This document shows positions 42,239 through 50,429 of a stretch of 64,000 bases of DNA, in pieces. Position numbers and translations under genes: made by a program. Below the pieces are notes generated by a model, which saw only the letters and a program-made list of their open reading frames with translations, was not told the DNA's origin and ran no database searches. The stretch is from positions 65,525-129,524 of the forward strand of contig JAWOCD010000084.1 in NCBI GenBank assembly GCA_046483985.1. Reading direction: 5' to 3'. Source of the DNA: Promethearchaeia archaeon (GTDB taxonomy: Archaea > Asgardarchaeota > Lokiarchaeia > Sigyniarchaeales > SOKP01). Numbering within the stretch: position 1 is the stretch's first letter; every line of letters starts with the position of its first letter.

Positions 42239-43042
42239 ATGAGTGGATATATTGGCAAAAAAGTGCGCCTTGAGAGAATTGTTAACAGAGAAACAAAAAG
42301 AACAATAATCATTCCTATGGATCACGGTCTAACTGTGGGACCGATTAAGGGGATCGATAAAAACTTGGGGGAAATGGTAAATAAAGTTGCCTTAGGTGGA
42401 GCAAATGCAGTTCTGGGACATGTTGGTATACCTATGTATGCCCATAGAGGATATGGACCTGATATTGGATTAATTCTTCATTTATCTGGTTCCACAAGTA
42501 TAAGCCCAGATACAAATTATAAAGTGTTAGTTAACACGGTTTTAGAAGCGGTTAAATTAGGTGCAGATGGAGTATCTGTACATATAAATATTGGCACGAA
42601 CTCCGATCCAGAGATGCTTGAAATATTGGGAAATATTTCCAGAAAATGTCGAGAACTTGGAATGCCTTTATTAGCAATGATGTATCCAAGAGGAAAAGAC
42701 ATTGAAGATGAACATGATGTCGAACTTGTTAAGATTGCGGCTAGAGCAGCTGCAGAACTGGGAGTAGATATTATTAAAACGAATTGGACGGGTGATGCCG
42801 AATCGTTTAAGGAAGTCATTGATGGATGTATGGCTCCCGTAATTATTGCAGGAGGATCAAAATCAGGTGTGAGAGGCATCCTTGAAATAACAAAAAAGTC
42901 TATCGAAGTTGGAGGTGCAGGTGTAGCATATGGGAGAAATGTATTTCAAGCAGAAAATCCGACTAAAGTGGTTAAGGCATTATATTATATTGTCCATAAA
43001 AATTATGAGGTTGATGAGGCAATAAAAGCTTCTGAACTATAA
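42239..43042 (+). CDS. Class I aldolase, DhnA family (probable ADH synthase AroA')
   Basis: GKKVRLERI, PMDHG, AMMYPRG, DIIKT, AGG, GRNVFQ. Confidence 0.88.
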   Translation: MSGYIGKKVRLERIVNRETKRTIIIPMDHGLTVGPIKGIDKNLGEMVNKVALGGANAVLGHVGIPMYAHRGYGPDIGLILHLSGSTSISPDTNYKVLVNTVLEAVKLGADGVSVHINIGTNSDPEMLEILGNISRKCRELGMPLLAMMYPRGKDIEDEHDVELVKIAARAAAELGVDIIKTNWTGDAESFKEVIDGCMAPVIIAGGSKSGVRGILEITKKSIEVGGAGVAYGRNVFQAENPTKVVKALYYIVHKNYEVDEAIKASEL

Positions 43043-43053
43043 GATATAATAAA

Positions 43054-43410
43054 ATGAAGTTAATTGGCAAAAAAAGTAAAGATCTAGACAGTATTAGTCT
43101 ATACTTGAAACTCCATAAATTCAATAAGGGATATTTATTATTAGTCTCAGATAAGGAGGAAATGGGGATTGGGAATGTTTCTTTAGGAACACCCACGAAT
43201 ATAGAGGAAATGAAAACAACTTCCTCTTCCTATAGACTGTTCGGGGTGGATAAAAGCTATTTGAGTAAGATTTTGGTCGAACGGGCCGCAAATGTTCTTA
43301 AAGAGCCTGTACTACTCTTATTATTTTTAAAAACGAAAAAGAGAGAGGAAGAACTGGCAAAACCTCTTATACAAATATTAGATGAATTATTAGATAAATG
43401 TGAACAATAA
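43054..43410 (+). CDS. Possible PAC3/PAC4-like proteasome assembly chaperone
   Basis: YLLLVSD..IGNVSLGTP..LFG..LSKILVERAA..PVLLLL resembles the PAC4 pattern. Confidence 0.5.
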   Translation: MKLIGKKSKDLDSISLYLKLHKFNKGYLLLVSDKEEMGIGNVSLGTPTNIEEMKTTSSSYRLFGVDKSYLSKILVERAANVLKEPVLLLLFLKTKKREEELAKPLIQILDELLDKCEQ

Positions 43411-43720
43411 GATGCGAAATTTCATTCTGATTAAGGTATTTGGTAATACTGTAAGAGTTAAGGTAATTGAAGTTTTATTAGCTCATCTGATCAGTAATAA
43501 GGAGACATGGCTTAATTTATCCGAAATTGCAAGACGTGCGAATATTTCTGTTTCCTCATCCAAAAGAATTGTGGATCAATTAATTGAAGAGGAATATGTG
43601 GATTTACATCACATTGAAACCCATGCGAAAAATCCAGAAAAGGAAGTCCGTTTAAATGTGGATAATAAAATAGTGAATGAATTAGTTTTCTTTTATAGAA
43701 AGATTAAGGGATTTATTTAA
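43400..43720 (+). CDS. Winged-helix transcriptional regulator
   Basis: VFGNTVRVKVIEVL, LNLSEIARRANIS. Confidence 0.75.
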   Translation: MNNKMRNFILIKVFGNTVRVKVIEVLLAHLISNKETWLNLSEIARRANISVSSSKRIVDQLIEEEYVDLHHIETHAKNPEKEVRLNVDNKIVNELVFFYRKIKGFI

Positions 43721-43829
43721 CAGCCCATTTTGAATACTTATGAAATCAAGACAACAAAAACTATTAAAATTTTGAAAATTTTAAGATCATAAAAAATATT
43801 GAAAGGATTTAAAGAATAACAAGAAAAAA

Positions 43830-43968
43830 GCAGGGGTAACCAAGTCCGGTCAATATTTTATAAAATCTTTTAGATTTTGTGCGACTACCGGTGCTGGACT
43901 CAAGATCCTTATAAAAATAAGATATCCAGTCTCGTAGGAGTACGGGGGTTCGAATCCCTCCCCCTGCA
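43830..43968 (+). tRNA. tRNA-Leu(CAA) with two introns (43854-43888 at 21/22; 43905-43923 at 37/38)
   Basis: Spliced product GCAGGGGTAACCAAGTCCGGTCAACGGTGCTGGACTCAAGATCCAGTCTCGTAGGAGTACGGGGGTTCGAATCCCTCCCCCTGCA; BHB-type GGTC-AAT / GACT-ACC. Confidence 0.92.
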
Positions 43969-44134
43969 TCCCCGCCCTTAAGTCTCGGCAGTTCTTTTAC
44001 ATTTAAGACAATAGTTTATTGTTCTTTTCTTTCAGATAACAATTATTAATCATATTTTAATTATAACATTTACAAATATGATCTTTTTGTCAGCTTACAA
44101 AGATTAGATCGTTTTCCCAAAAAGTTTTTCGAAA

Positions 44135-44359
44135 TTAACCAAGGATAAACATGAAAAGAAACATAACTCCCATCATTACGAAAAGGAACACCATTTGGAT
44201 GCGTCCTTGTTTCTTCTGTTTTTGTTCATATTCAAGGTACTTGTCTCTGCATTTCTGGCCACAGAATTTTCTTGAAGGGGGAATAGCTTTCCCACAAATT
44301 TGACAATGAGCGTGTGGTCCCCATTTTTTTTTTATTTTTTCTTTCCATGAAGTAGACAT
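44135..44359 (-). CDS. DUF2116-like Zn-ribbon protein with C-terminal TM
   Basis: PHAHCQICGKAIPPSRKFCGQKC plus hydrophobic tail. Confidence 0.8.
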   Translation of the reverse strand: MSTSWKEKIKKKWGPHAHCQICGKAIPPSRKFCGQKCRDKYLEYEQKQKKQGRIQMVFLFVMMGVMFLFMFILG

Positions 44360-44428
44360 ATATAATTAGCGACTCATTCTTATGATGTTAAGATAGATAA
44401 ATTTTAGGAATTAATATAATTTATTATG

Positions 44429-45142
44429 TTATTCTATAAGTTCGGTTCCAATTAATTGCTTTTTCCCCTTCCAGAATTTTTTAAATTCTTGTAATTCTAA
44501 CCCCGAAGTAACGATTGTTCTGATTTTACTTCTTTTTAAAATCTGTAAGGATACTGCATCAAATATCCTATACTCTCCTGCGGCGGCTTGATCATTTTCA
44601 GAAGAAGTTAAAATGAGTTTTTGCAGCTCAGAGTAAGTCAACCGATCCAATAGCTTGGCATCGGGATATTTCTTTGGATCTTTATCATAAATCCCCTTAA
44701 CATCAGTTAAAATAACAAGAATTTCAGCATTAACGAATTCGGCAACTTCACATGCTACGGAAGTAGTGGATTGTCCAGGCTGTAGTCCACCCATTACAAT
44801 AATTTTGTCATGAAGTAAGGCAGTAGATAGTTCTTCAATATTCTCTGGTACTAAAGGAAAGGCAAATTCTCCCAAAGCCGAAATAAATAATTTCGCGTTA
44901 GTTCGTGAAATATCTATCCCAAATAAGTCACATAATGCTTCATTTTCCGATAATGTTCTAACAGAATTTATATATTCTCGAGCAATCATGCCTCCCCCAC
45001 ATATAATCACTTTCTGTCCAAATTTATTTTGTTCACTAATAATATCACAAAAATTTATAATTTTGTCGAGATTTACGCTTCTATTATCATTGAAAAGTAA
45101 AGAGCCCCCAATTTTAATAACTATATTTTTTGAAGTATTCAT
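44429..45142 (-). CDS. pyrH: UMP kinase
   Basis: IKIGGS, GGGMIAREYI, PGQSTT, TDVKGIYDKDP. Confidence 0.92.
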   Translation of the reverse strand: MNTSKNIVIKIGGSLLFNDNRSVNLDKIINFCDIISEQNKFGQKVIICGGGMIAREYINSVRTLSENEALCDLFGIDISRTNAKLFISALGEFAFPLVPENIEELSTALLHDKIIVMGGLQPGQSTTSVACEVAEFVNAEILVILTDVKGIYDKDPKKYPDAKLLDRLTYSELQKLILTSSENDQAAAGEYRIFDAVSLQILKRSKIRTIVTSGLELQEFKKFWKGKKQLIGTELIE

Positions 45143-45226
45143 AAGAATATTATAAGATCTCCTATTTTATTATTTATTATATTATTTAGGAAAATAATTT
45201 AACTTTAACAAATCTCTGAAAAAAAT

Positions 45227-46183
45227 ATGAAATCAGTGACTATTTCTGTACCACATAGAATTTCTGGTTTTTTTCAGATCGTTGATACTATCAATGGTGT
45301 AAAGATAAAAAATCCCCAGAAAATCGGTTCCCGAGGTGCGGGGTTTAACCTAAGCGCAAAAGGAACTACTAAAATCATCCTTAAACAAAAGAACTTAACC
45401 CCAAAGAGAAATAAAAATTGCCAGATATTCATAAACGGGGAAGAATTAAATCAGAAAGCGGAAACAAGTTTTTATATCTTAAAACGTATGACAAAAGGGT
45501 TAGAAAAAAAAATTAATTCGTACCAAATTAAAGTAAAGCATGATTTTGAATTACCCGTAGGATGTGGGTATGGCGCGAGCGGATCTGGGGCTTTAGGATT
45601 AGTATATGGCTTAAATAGGCTTTTGGAATTGGGTCTGCCCCGAGAGGAGCTTGATAAAATAGCGCATGTTGCAGAAGTAGTTAATCAAACAGGGTTGGGT
45701 ACCGTTTGTGGACAATTAGCTGGCGGTTTATCGGTGTTAGTAGAACCTGGACACCCTTGTTCATATTTCAATATTGAATTTCCCCATAATTTAAGAGTAA
45801 TATGTGGAACGTTTGGCGACCTCCACACAAGATCAGTATTATCTGACCCTGTAATGCAAAAAGAAATTAAAAAGGCAGGCAAGGAGGCTTTAAAAAATAT
45901 GAAAAAAAATCCATCCGTTGAAAGCTTTATGGAAAATTCAATAAATTTTGTTAAAAGAACAAGAATGCTGAACCTATTGGATCTACCGGAAATTAAAAAG
46001 ATAATTGATGAATTAAACAGATTAAATATAATAGGTGCCAGTATGAATCAATTAGGGCGTTCTGTATATGCAATATGCAAGGAAAAGGCCCAAAAGGACG
46101 TGATTCAAACTTTTAAAAGTTTTAGACCAGACATAGAAATATATAATTTAACTATCAATCCATCTGGTCCTAAATTCTTTTGA
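45227..46183 (+). CDS. Archaeal pantoate kinase (GHMP family)
   Basis: PHRISGFF, GSRGAG, PVGCGYGASG, AHVAEV..TGLG. Confidence 0.9.
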   Translation: MKSVTISVPHRISGFFQIVDTINGVKIKNPQKIGSRGAGFNLSAKGTTKIILKQKNLTPKRNKNCQIFINGEELNQKAETSFYILKRMTKGLEKKINSYQIKVKHDFELPVGCGYGASGSGALGLVYGLNRLLELGLPREELDKIAHVAEVVNQTGLGTVCGQLAGGLSVLVEPGHPCSYFNIEFPHNLRVICGTFGDLHTRSVLSDPVMQKEIKKAGKEALKNMKKNPSVESFMENSINFVKRTRMLNLLDLPEIKKIIDELNRLNIIGASMNQLGRSVYAICKEKAQKDVIQTFKSFRPDIEIYNLTINPSGPKFF

Positions 46184-46395
46184 ACTACTACGTCATAAAT
46201 GGCGTGGATTCGTAATTCATCGAAGATTGCTGACATAACATTAGTCTGACATCCTTTCTAAACGATTCACCGTAGTCCCTACGGTAGAATCATTATGAGT
46301 AAGGAGCTTGATATTATTTTCTCCTAATTGCTTTATCCTTCTTTTTTAATATTTTTGGACCGGATTAAAGGACGGTGCTTTCTCGCACTCTAGTG
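46180..46395 (-). mobile_element. Complete non-autonomous IS608-like (IS200/IS605) element carrying an omega/reRNA scaffold
   Basis: Minus strand: target TTAC (46399-46396), left end with AAAG guide plus hairpin, ACCGTAGGGACTACGG hairpin, CAATCTTCGATGAA, right end GAAT-hairpin-TCAA. Excision restores TTG TAA at the end of pantoate kinase. Confidence 0.85.
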
Positions 46396-46407
46396 GTAAA
46401 AGAATTA

Positions 46408-47214
46408 TTATTTTAGAGATTTCGATTTAAGCGTTGCGGACTCTACGGCTTTGATAAAACTGCTTCGAATTGCTTTTTTCTCCAGTTCATGAATTGCCGT
46501 AATCGTGGTGCCTCCAGGAGAAGCAACCATATCCTTTAATTCCCCAGGATGCTTTTTTGTGTCTAAAACCATCTTAGCTGCACCCTTAACGGTTTGTGCA
46601 GCAAGTTCAAGAGCAACCTCTCTTGATAAGCCCATTTTTACTCCACCATCGGCAAGCGCTTCAATAACCATAAAAATATAAGCAGGACCGCTTCCAGAGA
46701 GACCCGTAACAGCATCCATATATTTTTCCTCTATTTCAACAACTAATCCAACAGAATTTAGAACATTTTTTACAAATTCCAAGGTTTTATCCTTTACATA
46801 CTTGTTGTTGGATACAGCGACTGCCCCCTCCCCTACTAAGGCGGGGGTATTTGGCATAATCCTAATGATGGGAACATTTTTCTTTATAATCCGCTGAACA
46901 TGGTCGATCGTGACACCCGCAGCAATCGAAATAATAGTTTTTTCGGAAGTTAATTCTGGTTTTATCTCTTTCAGCACTAAGTCAATCACTTGCGGTTTAA
47001 CACAAAGCAAAACATAATTCGATTTTTTTACAAGATCTTTGTTATCCGTTGCCGTGGAAACATTGTAGTTTTCCTCTCGCCGATTAAGTAACTTTCCATT
47101 TGTGTCATAAATGAGGACTTTATCCTTAGGAAGAATGTTTGAGTTAATCACTCCATTTAATAAAGCATTTCCCATATTTCCAATTCCAATTATTCCCAAT
47201 TTTTGATTTGACAT
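46408..47214 (-). CDS. proC: Pyrroline-5-carboxylate reductase
   Basis: GIGNMG, VKPQ, RIMPNTP, SGSGPAY, SPGGTT. Confidence 0.96.
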   Translation of the reverse strand: MSNQKLGIIGIGNMGNALLNGVINSNILPKDKVLIYDTNGKLLNRREENYNVSTATDNKDLVKKSNYVLLCVKPQVIDLVLKEIKPELTSEKTIISIAAGVTIDHVQRIIKKNVPIIRIMPNTPALVGEGAVAVSNNKYVKDKTLEFVKNVLNSVGLVVEIEEKYMDAVTGLSGSGPAYIFMVIEALADGGVKMGLSREVALELAAQTVKGAAKMVLDTKKHPGELKDMVASPGGTTITAIHELEKKAIRSSFIKAVESATLKSKSLK

Positions 47215-47262
47215 TTTTTATCATTCTCGTTAAGATTTTTGATTTAAATTATATTTTACAGC

Positions 47263-47802
47263 CTAAATAAAAATATCGTTAAGGGAATCTCCAATTAACA
47301 AGCATTTTTTTAATCCAAAATCGTTCCATAATTTCCTTTTTAAGATTATTTTATTTCTTTTCCTTTTGATTATATAAAAGTCATTTTTAAGAAAAAATTC
47401 AATCCCTTTTCTATACTTTTTTGGTATTTTTGCAAAAACTGAAGCAGTACCTACTTCTTTTTGATTCTTCACAAAATACTCTAATAATGAAGTGGCGATT
47501 CCCTGATTTCTAAATGATTTATTAACATAAATGAGATGTATACACATCATAGGAAGGATTCGTTCAATTGAATTAACTTTAGAGCTCTTATCTTCCGTAA
47601 CCAAAATCCCAACTAAGGTGTTTTTATAATGTGCCGTTAAAACGGAAATTTTTCCATCTAGAAATTTTTCCTTAAAATCTTTAATAAAATCTAAAAACTC
47701 TTTCCCGCATAGTCTAATATCATACAAATTATTAGGGGTTGCTTGTTTAAATTCAATTTTATTAGCCCTTCCAATAGTAAAATCATTTATTCTTCTATTC
47801 AT
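47263..47802 (-). CDS. GNAT family acetyltransferase
   Basis: IYVNKSFRNQGIATSLL, FFLKNDF. Confidence 0.75.
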   Translation of the reverse strand: MNRRINDFTIGRANKIEFKQATPNNLYDIRLCGKEFLDFIKDFKEKFLDGKISVLTAHYKNTLVGILVTEDKSSKVNSIERILPMMCIHLIYVNKSFRNQGIATSLLEYFVKNQKEVGTASVFAKIPKKYRKGIEFFLKNDFYIIKRKRNKIILKRKLWNDFGLKKCLLIGDSLNDIFI

Positions 47803-47813
47803 TTTGCGATCAG

Positions 47814-48557
47814 CTATTCTTTATTTAGTTCTTTTTTCAATTTTTGTATTAATTCTTTTTTGATTGTCCCCTTCTCACGATCAAATCCTTCGCAAACCGC
47901 ACTCCTAAGCCCTATGATATCTGGATTAATTGAATTTATTTTTTCCATATCTTTTATCTTTAATCTTCCAGCAAGAGCAATCGGTAATTTTAACGCAGAT
48001 GCCTTCCTTTTGAATTTCTTTAGCTGGTCTATAGTTAAAAAATCGAATAATCTCTTATCATCCTTTATGAATGTGTCTAACATTGCAATATCCGCCCCCG
48101 ATTCGGCAGCTATTTCAGGAATATCTAAAAAATAAGGTGAACTTTTCATTCTTTGCTGATCAGCATACCCCGCGGCAACAACCATTACAGCCTCATTATA
48201 ATTTTTCACGGCTTTTACAACTTTTGACATCAATTCGATCCCTTCTTGTTTATTCTCAGGACCTTTTAAACCAACTTTAATGATATCTGCCCCCGATACT
48301 GCAGCACCTAAACCAGCTAAAGACGCGCTACCAGGAAGCTGTGGGAAATCACCAATAGCCGCACTTAATAAAGTATCATCCCCTGGCGGTATTAAATCCT
48401 TCATTTGATTTATAATCCAAGGAAAATTTGCACCCAGAGAACCTTCTTTGGGGTTTTTACAGTCAATATAATCCACCCCTTTCGCTTCGATAATTGTATT
48501 CGCTTCCTCTAAGGTTTTTGGGCTAATCAATAATTTAATCTGATTCTGCATAAGCAT
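47814..48557 (-). CDS. mfnB: (5-formylfuran-3-yl)methyl phosphate synthase
   Basis: LLISP, IDCKNPKEGSLGANFPW, SAAIGD, KVGL, MLDT, ALAG. Confidence 0.9.
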   Translation of the reverse strand: MLMQNQIKLLISPKTLEEANTIIEAKGVDYIDCKNPKEGSLGANFPWIINQMKDLIPPGDDTLLSAAIGDFPQLPGSASLAGLGAAVSGADIIKVGLKGPENKQEGIELMSKVVKAVKNYNEAVMVVAAGYADQQRMKSSPYFLDIPEIAAESGADIAMLDTFIKDDKRLFDFLTIDQLKKFKRKASALKLPIALAGRLKIKDMEKINSINPDIIGLRSAVCEGFDREKGTIKKELIQKLKKELNKE

Positions 48558-48614
48558 CTAATATAATAAATATAAAAAATGTTTAATATTTTTTTTAAAC
48601 TCTTAATTCAAAAA

Positions 48615-48830
48615 TTAGAGTTTCAATTTAGTTTTCTGCCTGGTACGAGAATAAAAATATATCCCAATCCCTAATATTGCTACTAAAATAAACAAAAGGA
48701 CTAGATAATAAGCTGGATTATCAGTATTATAACTAGAACCGGGTGGGACGACCATAAACCAATAAAAATTTAATAGAATAAAGATCACACATGTAATAAT
48801 GAAAGATATAATCTTAACTGAGCGTCTCAT
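48615..48830 (-). CDS. Small two-TM membrane protein
   Basis: 71 aa, two hydrophobic segments, basic tail. Confidence 0.6.
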   Translation of the reverse strand: MRRSVKIISFIITCVIFILLNFYWFMVVPPGSSYNTDNPAYYLVLLFILVAILGIGIYFYSRTRQKTKLKL

Positions 48831-49075
48831 ATTTTAATCAGAAAAATTTTTTTTATTTAATTTAAGTTTGCTTTTATTTAATTTAAATTTTTAAAATTAT
48901 ACCAATTTAATATTAATCTTTATAAAATCTCTAAACCTTAAAAAAAATTAAGATTTTATTACTTAAGTAATTTAAATTACCAATTGATTTTTTCTAATTT
49001 AATAATATTAAAATACTTATATTAAAATTTTTATAATGTATATATTAACAGAATAAAAAAATTTTGAGAATTAAG

Positions 49076-49603
49076 ATGCCTAAAGAAGAAACAGAAATAG
49101 AGATTACAAATGAGGTTTATAAAGAACCAATAGAAGTCATGAAAAAATTATCTTCAAATATTGATAATTTAAATTATACTAAAGTAATCCAAACATACGT
49201 TTTAGAAAATAAGAAATTAGATTTATCATTAATTAAACAAGATTCTAGTTATTTTGACGGAAAAATTGTATGGATCGGGAATAAGAAGGATGATACGGAG
49301 GGAACTGTTTTTTGTGTGGAAAGTAAAGACGGTTTAAAGCAATTAAATCCAACTCCCGATAATTCAGATAAAATTATTTTAGACAAAAAGAAAGAGAATA
49401 TCAAAATTTTTGCTACCTCTAATTCTAAATGTGCCGTCTGTAATAAAGATATTGAGATATTTGATGAAATTGCTAGTTGTCCCTTATGCGGAGCGGAGGG
49501 TCACAAGGAACATATGGTAGATTGGATCAGAATGAAAAATTCATGCCCCGTTTGTAAAAAGTCTTTAAACGTCAGTTCCACAGGTGTTATTTTCATAGAT
49601 TAA
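49076..49603 (+). CDS. RING-finger-like protein (candidate E3 ubiquitin ligase)
   Basis: CAVC..CPLC..HKEH..W..CPVC at the C-terminus; ATG at 49076. Confidence 0.7.
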   Translation: MPKEETEIEITNEVYKEPIEVMKKLSSNIDNLNYTKVIQTYVLENKKLDLSLIKQDSSYFDGKIVWIGNKKDDTEGTVFCVESKDGLKQLNPTPDNSDKIILDKKKENIKIFATSNSKCAVCNKDIEIFDEIASCPLCGAEGHKEHMVDWIRMKNSCPVCKKSLNVSSTGVIFID

Positions 49604-49607
49604 ATGA

Positions 49608-50354
49608 TTATAATCTTTCTATATCATTTCCCGATATTGTCCCATCATAGAGAGATGTTCCCACTAAAACACCTGAAAATCCTTCTTTTTTATATCTCAC
49701 CACATCTTCAATATTTTTAATGCCGCCTCCTACAAATACTTCTCCTTCAGCTTGATCTAAAATCTTTAAATAAAGTGGGGGAATTCCTCCTTCTTTTGAC
49801 CCCACCCGATATAAATCCAAGAGAATTAGATTTCTTACACCTAAGTTCTCAAATATTTTCAGATTTTGTTGTAATGAATTTTCTTTCATATCTGAAATGT
49901 TGGTTATTAAATTACCCTTATATAGATCTAAACTAAGGATAATCTTCTCCGGGGAGTACTGCTTTAAACAGGTTCTTAAGGTATCGAGGGTGGACAGTGT
50001 CTCTAAACCTAATATATATTTACTAAAATTTAGGTCAACATACGGAAGAAGATTTTTTTGCTTTCTAATGCCCAGATCAATTAATATATCAATTTCAGAA
50101 AGGGAACTCAATTTTCGGAGGAACCCAAAATTAGGACTTTTATCTTGATTATGTTGGATCAGATTTAAATCCGCAACATAGAAAGAGGTGATTTTAAATT
50201 TAAGAATAACTTTTTTAATCAATTCTAAGGGGTTTGAAGGATAACTGGGAAATTCTTTATCGAGAGGTTTATAATTCTTTCTCTCTCCTCTAATTGCATG
50301 AACCACCTTATTATTAAGAAGATCCATAACAGGTATTAGCTGAAAATTTGACAT
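49608..50354 (-). CDS. HisA/HisF-related TIM-barrel protein (C1-transfer/methanofuran-associated type)
   Basis: IPVMDLLNNKVVHAIRGERKNYKP, YVADL, LDLYRVG, VGGGI. Confidence 0.8.
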   Translation of the reverse strand: MSNFQLIPVMDLLNNKVVHAIRGERKNYKPLDKEFPSYPSNPLELIKKVILKFKITSFYVADLNLIQHNQDKSPNFGFLRKLSSLSEIDILIDLGIRKQKNLLPYVDLNFSKYILGLETLSTLDTLRTCLKQYSPEKIILSLDLYKGNLITNISDMKENSLQQNLKIFENLGVRNLILLDLYRVGSKEGGIPPLYLKILDQAEGEVFVGGGIKNIEDVVRYKKEGFSGVLVGTSLYDGTISGNDIERL

Positions 50355-50429
50355 AATTAAAATACAAGTTTGTAATTATAAGTTAGTTCTAAATAAAAAG
50401 ATAAAAAAATCAAAATTAAAAATATAATT

